This document shows, piece after piece, positions 61,742 to 64,000 of a DNA stretch of 64,000 bases; the first letter of the stretch is position 1; every line of letters begins with the position of its first letter. Made by a program: the position numbers and the translations under genes. This DNA comes from Candidatus Caccoplasma intestinavium (GTDB lineage: Bacteria; Bacteroidota; Bacteroidia; Bacteroidales; UBA11471), in contig DVKT01000045.1 of the NCBI GenBank assembly GCA_018715885.1, positions 5,526 through 69,525 of the forward strand, written 5' to 3'. Below the pieces are notes generated by a model that was given only the letters and a program-made list of their open reading frames with translations, was not told the DNA's origin and did no database searches.

Positions 61742-64000
61742 TTAGATTTCATGTATTACTTTGTAGGAACGGCTGCCGGTGTTGCAAATCTCTTTCACGA
61801 TGTATATGCCGGGAGCAAGGTGGGTGAAGTCATTACTGTTTTTCATCAATATACCGTTGATACTGTATATTTGGTAGCTTTTTTCACCCTCTTCGGTTGT
61901 TGTTGCTCCGATAGCGGATATTTCGGTATCGGCATAAAGATTGATGTTTCGGGTCATGGTTCCTGCGTTATCGTTGTCGCTGGCTGTAACTTGCAAGGTG
62001 TAGAATCCTTTTATATTCTGTGCCGGTGCGATTTTCAAGGTTGAACCCGATACGGTGGCTGTAATATTGTCGGTGGTGGATACGTTGTAATAGGGCGCAT
62101 TGTCAAAACCAGCGAACAGCTTGTTGAGGTCTATTTCGGTTGTCGAGTTGGCGGGAATCATGTAGTGCGGTTCGGCTAGCCAGTTGAGGTAATCTTCGAG
62201 GTCGGTGTAACCGTCGCGGTCATTGTCGTCATTGTTGTTGGCAATGTTGGGGTTGAGACCTTTGGCTATCTCCCACCAGTCGGGCATTCCGTCTTGATCG
62301 GTGTCGTAATCGGCGGGGCGATGTTCCTCTACGATATTCAATCCGTCGAATCCTTCGGAATCGCTTTCTTTATCGATAAGTCCGGGCTTACCGGTTTTCC
62401 AGCCTTTGTAGGTGTATGTGCCTTTGAGGGTCTCTTCTACCATGCGGGTATCATGGTTGTCAAAAAACGGTTGATTGCAACCTACGTCCGAAAGTACGGT
62501 TTTGAATGCGAGTTTTGCCGGCTCGATGGTTGCATATGACGGAAAGAAGGGCTTATCGACGAATACGGTCCAGTCGAGAACTTGTCCGTTCGACAGCCGG
62601 TAACGGTAGGTTTCATTTTTGGCGTCGGTAGTCAATGTCCCGTTTTTGTTTTCACGGATATTTCCGTTTACATAATAGGCTTGGGTACCGCCACCCGTAC
62701 CTTCGATGTCGGCCGTGATCAGATAAGTGAGTGTTGTTGCCGGTCCCATTTTGTAGTAGTTGTTTACAAATTGTCCCTGGTGGGTGCCTCCGTCGGTGGC
62801 GCGACCACCCCAGTTGTAGCATACGTTGTTGAACATATCGTGGTGTCCGGCATAATTCCCGTCAGAAAGACCTCCCGACATACTCCAATTCCTACCCTGG
62901 TTGTGGGCGAGCAGGTTGTGGTGGTACGAACCGTAATCGCCTCCGATGGTGGCCGCATATCCGTGTTCCACGTGGTGTCCCTGTTGTATAAATTGGGTGT
63001 TATGCCCGGCATAGTTCAAAGACTCGGAAATGAGCGTACGTTGCAGTGTGATATTTTTTGCATTGCGGGAACTGAACGCTTCGTCGATCGTCCAGCCCAC
63101 CGAGCAATGATCCATGATACTGTGATTGTTCCCGGCCATACCCAATCCGTCGGCGGTGTTGGGGTTGCCCGATACTCCGTCCCAGTCGTCGGCACCGCCG
63201 AGGCGTAAGCGGATAAATCGGGTGATTCCCTCGTTTGCCATGCCGAACGGACGTCCTTTTAGCATGATACCGGTACCGGGAGCCGTCTGTCCGGCAATGG
63301 TAACATACGGGTCATGTACGGTAAGGCGAGATTGAAGAGTTATGACACCCGAAACATCGAATACGATGGTACGAGGGCCGTTGAGTTTGGAAATGCCGTA
63401 TCGGAATGTTCCCGGTTGGGGATTCGAAGCATCGTCGTCGAGTGAGGTTACGTGGTAAACTATGCCGCCTCGACCTCCGGTCGCATAACGACCGTAACCT
63501 TCTGCACCGGGAAATGCGAGTTGGCGGGCACGGAATTGCCATATTTCGCCTGTGTAGACGTTACCGTCGGTATCTTCTTCATCGACACGCCAAAAATAAG
63601 TATTCATCGAATATACATCGGTGAGCGTATATTTGTTGTCGGTTACAGAAGCAATTTTCTGCATGTCGTCGATGGAGGTTCCTATGTAAAGGTGATTTTT
63701 GACCGCCGATGAAGCCATTGTCCAAGAAAGTTCGAGTGTGCCGTTGTCGGCGTCGACATGTATATCTCTGTTTTGGGGGAATGGATCGAGTGCGGTGGTT
63801 TTAGGATTCGACTGGTCGAGAATGATAGCATTGATATATACGCAACTCGTTCCGTATGTTTCTCCGGCTACGGGTTTGCTGGTGTAACTGATGGTTACGT
63901 CTTCTCCGTTGGCGACGGTAAATTTGATGTAAGATTGTCCGCTATTCGATGGGAGAGTCTCTCGTGATGTCTGTTCGACACCAGAGAGCACAGTCTCTCC
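61742..64000 (-). CDS. Secreted pectate-lyase-like (PL1-type) protein with thrombospondin-type Ca-binding repeats and a T9SS C-terminal sorting domain; the N-terminus lies beyond the window
   Basis: GAEGYGRYATGGRGG...PGTFRYGISK...VTIAGQTAPGTGI is pectate-lyase-like. DTDQDGMPDWWE and NDRDGYTDLEDY are TSP3-like. The C-terminal beta-strand tail ...GIYIVKEICNTGSRSYKVIHEI is T9SS-type. The frame remains open to position 64000. Confidence 0.7.
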   Translation of the reverse strand, partial: GETVLSGVEQTSRETLPSNSGQSYIKFTVANGEDVTISYTSKPVAGETYGTSCVYINAIILDQSNPKTTALDPFPQNRDIHVDADNGTLELSWTMASSAVKNHLYIGTSIDDMQKIASVTDNKYTLTDVYSMNTYFWRVDEEDTDGNVYTGEIWQFRARQLAFPGAEGYGRYATGGRGGIVYHVTSLDDDASNPQPGTFRYGISKLNGPRTIVFDVSGVITLQSRLTVHDPYVTIAGQTAPGTGIMLKGRPFGMANEGITRFIRLRLGGADDWDGVSGNPNTADGLGMAGNNHSIMDHCSVGWTIDEAFSSRNAKNITLQRTLISESLNYAGHNTQFIQQGHHVEHGYAATIGGDYGSYHHNLLAHNQGRNWSMSGGLSDGNYAGHHDMFNNVCYNWGGRATDGGTHQGQFVNNYYKMGPATTLTYLITADIEGTGGGTQAYYVNGNIRENKNGTLTTDAKNETYRYRLSNGQVLDWTVFVDKPFFPSYATIEPAKLAFKTVLSDVGCNQPFFDNHDTRMVEETLKGTYTYKGWKTGKPGLIDKESDSEGFDGLNIVEEHRPADYDTDQDGMPDWWEIAKGLNPNIANNNDDNDRDGYTDLEDYLNWLAEPHYMIPANSTTEIDLNKLFAGFDNAPYYNVSTTDNITATVSGSTLKIAPAQNIKGFYTLQVTASDNDNAGTMTRNINLYADTEISAIGATTTEEGEKSYQIYSINGILMKNSNDFTHLAPGIYIVKEICNTGSRSYKVIHEI

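Overview
This is a Bacteroidota (Bacteroidales-like) chromosomal segment. The assignment rests on TAnnTTTG-type promoters, T9SS-type C-terminal tails, REP-like GTCATTC...GAATCTC elements and an ilv operon carrying an embedded acyl-ACP thioesterase. A prophage of about 33.6 kb (~4848-38432) with Mu-like transposable-phage organisation sits in the divergent intergenic region between an Omp85/BamA-family gene and the ilv operon leader.

Prophage content, from the high-coordinate end:
- Immunity switch: an S24/LexA-type repressor with palindromic operators, divergent from the early operon.
- Early genes: an AT-rich PAPS-reductase-like moron, a DDE transposase (MuA-like), a MuB-like AAA+ ATPase, ASCH, a P-loop ATPase, GemA-like and DUF3164-like proteins.
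- Packaging and head-assembly block (terS, terL, gp36-like, portal, MuF, G-like), lying on the opposite strand to the rest.
- A tRNA(CAU)-like gene.
- Late genes: prohead protease/scaffold, major capsid, sheath, tube, chaperone, tape measure, baseplate and four tail-fibre-type genes.
- A small PLC-like ORF and an intragenomic REP-like repeat cluster.
- A lysis cassette: holin, a DUF5675-type enzyme and a unimolecular-spanin-like lipoprotein.
- At the far end, where Mu carries mom, a separately terminated two-gene module: a truncated thymidylate-synthase-fold protein with the Asn-to-Asp (dCMP-type) specificity residue, plus a Dam-like N6-adenine methyltransferase. I consider this module the most interesting candidate in the window.

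Host genes:
- a YhaM/UPF0597-type cysteine desulfidase
- ilvD-ilvB-ilvN-(thioesterase)-ilvC, preceded by an Ile/Val/Leu-rich leader peptide and attenuator hairpin
- TamB/TamA-like genes
- two TlpA-like thioredoxin-fold paralogues
- pstSCAB
- an AsmA-family gene
- rpiB
- a T9SS-type pectate-lyase-like gene

All calls come from reading motifs and translations by eye; no database search was run. Family names are recognition-based, and the exact prophage ends are tentative.
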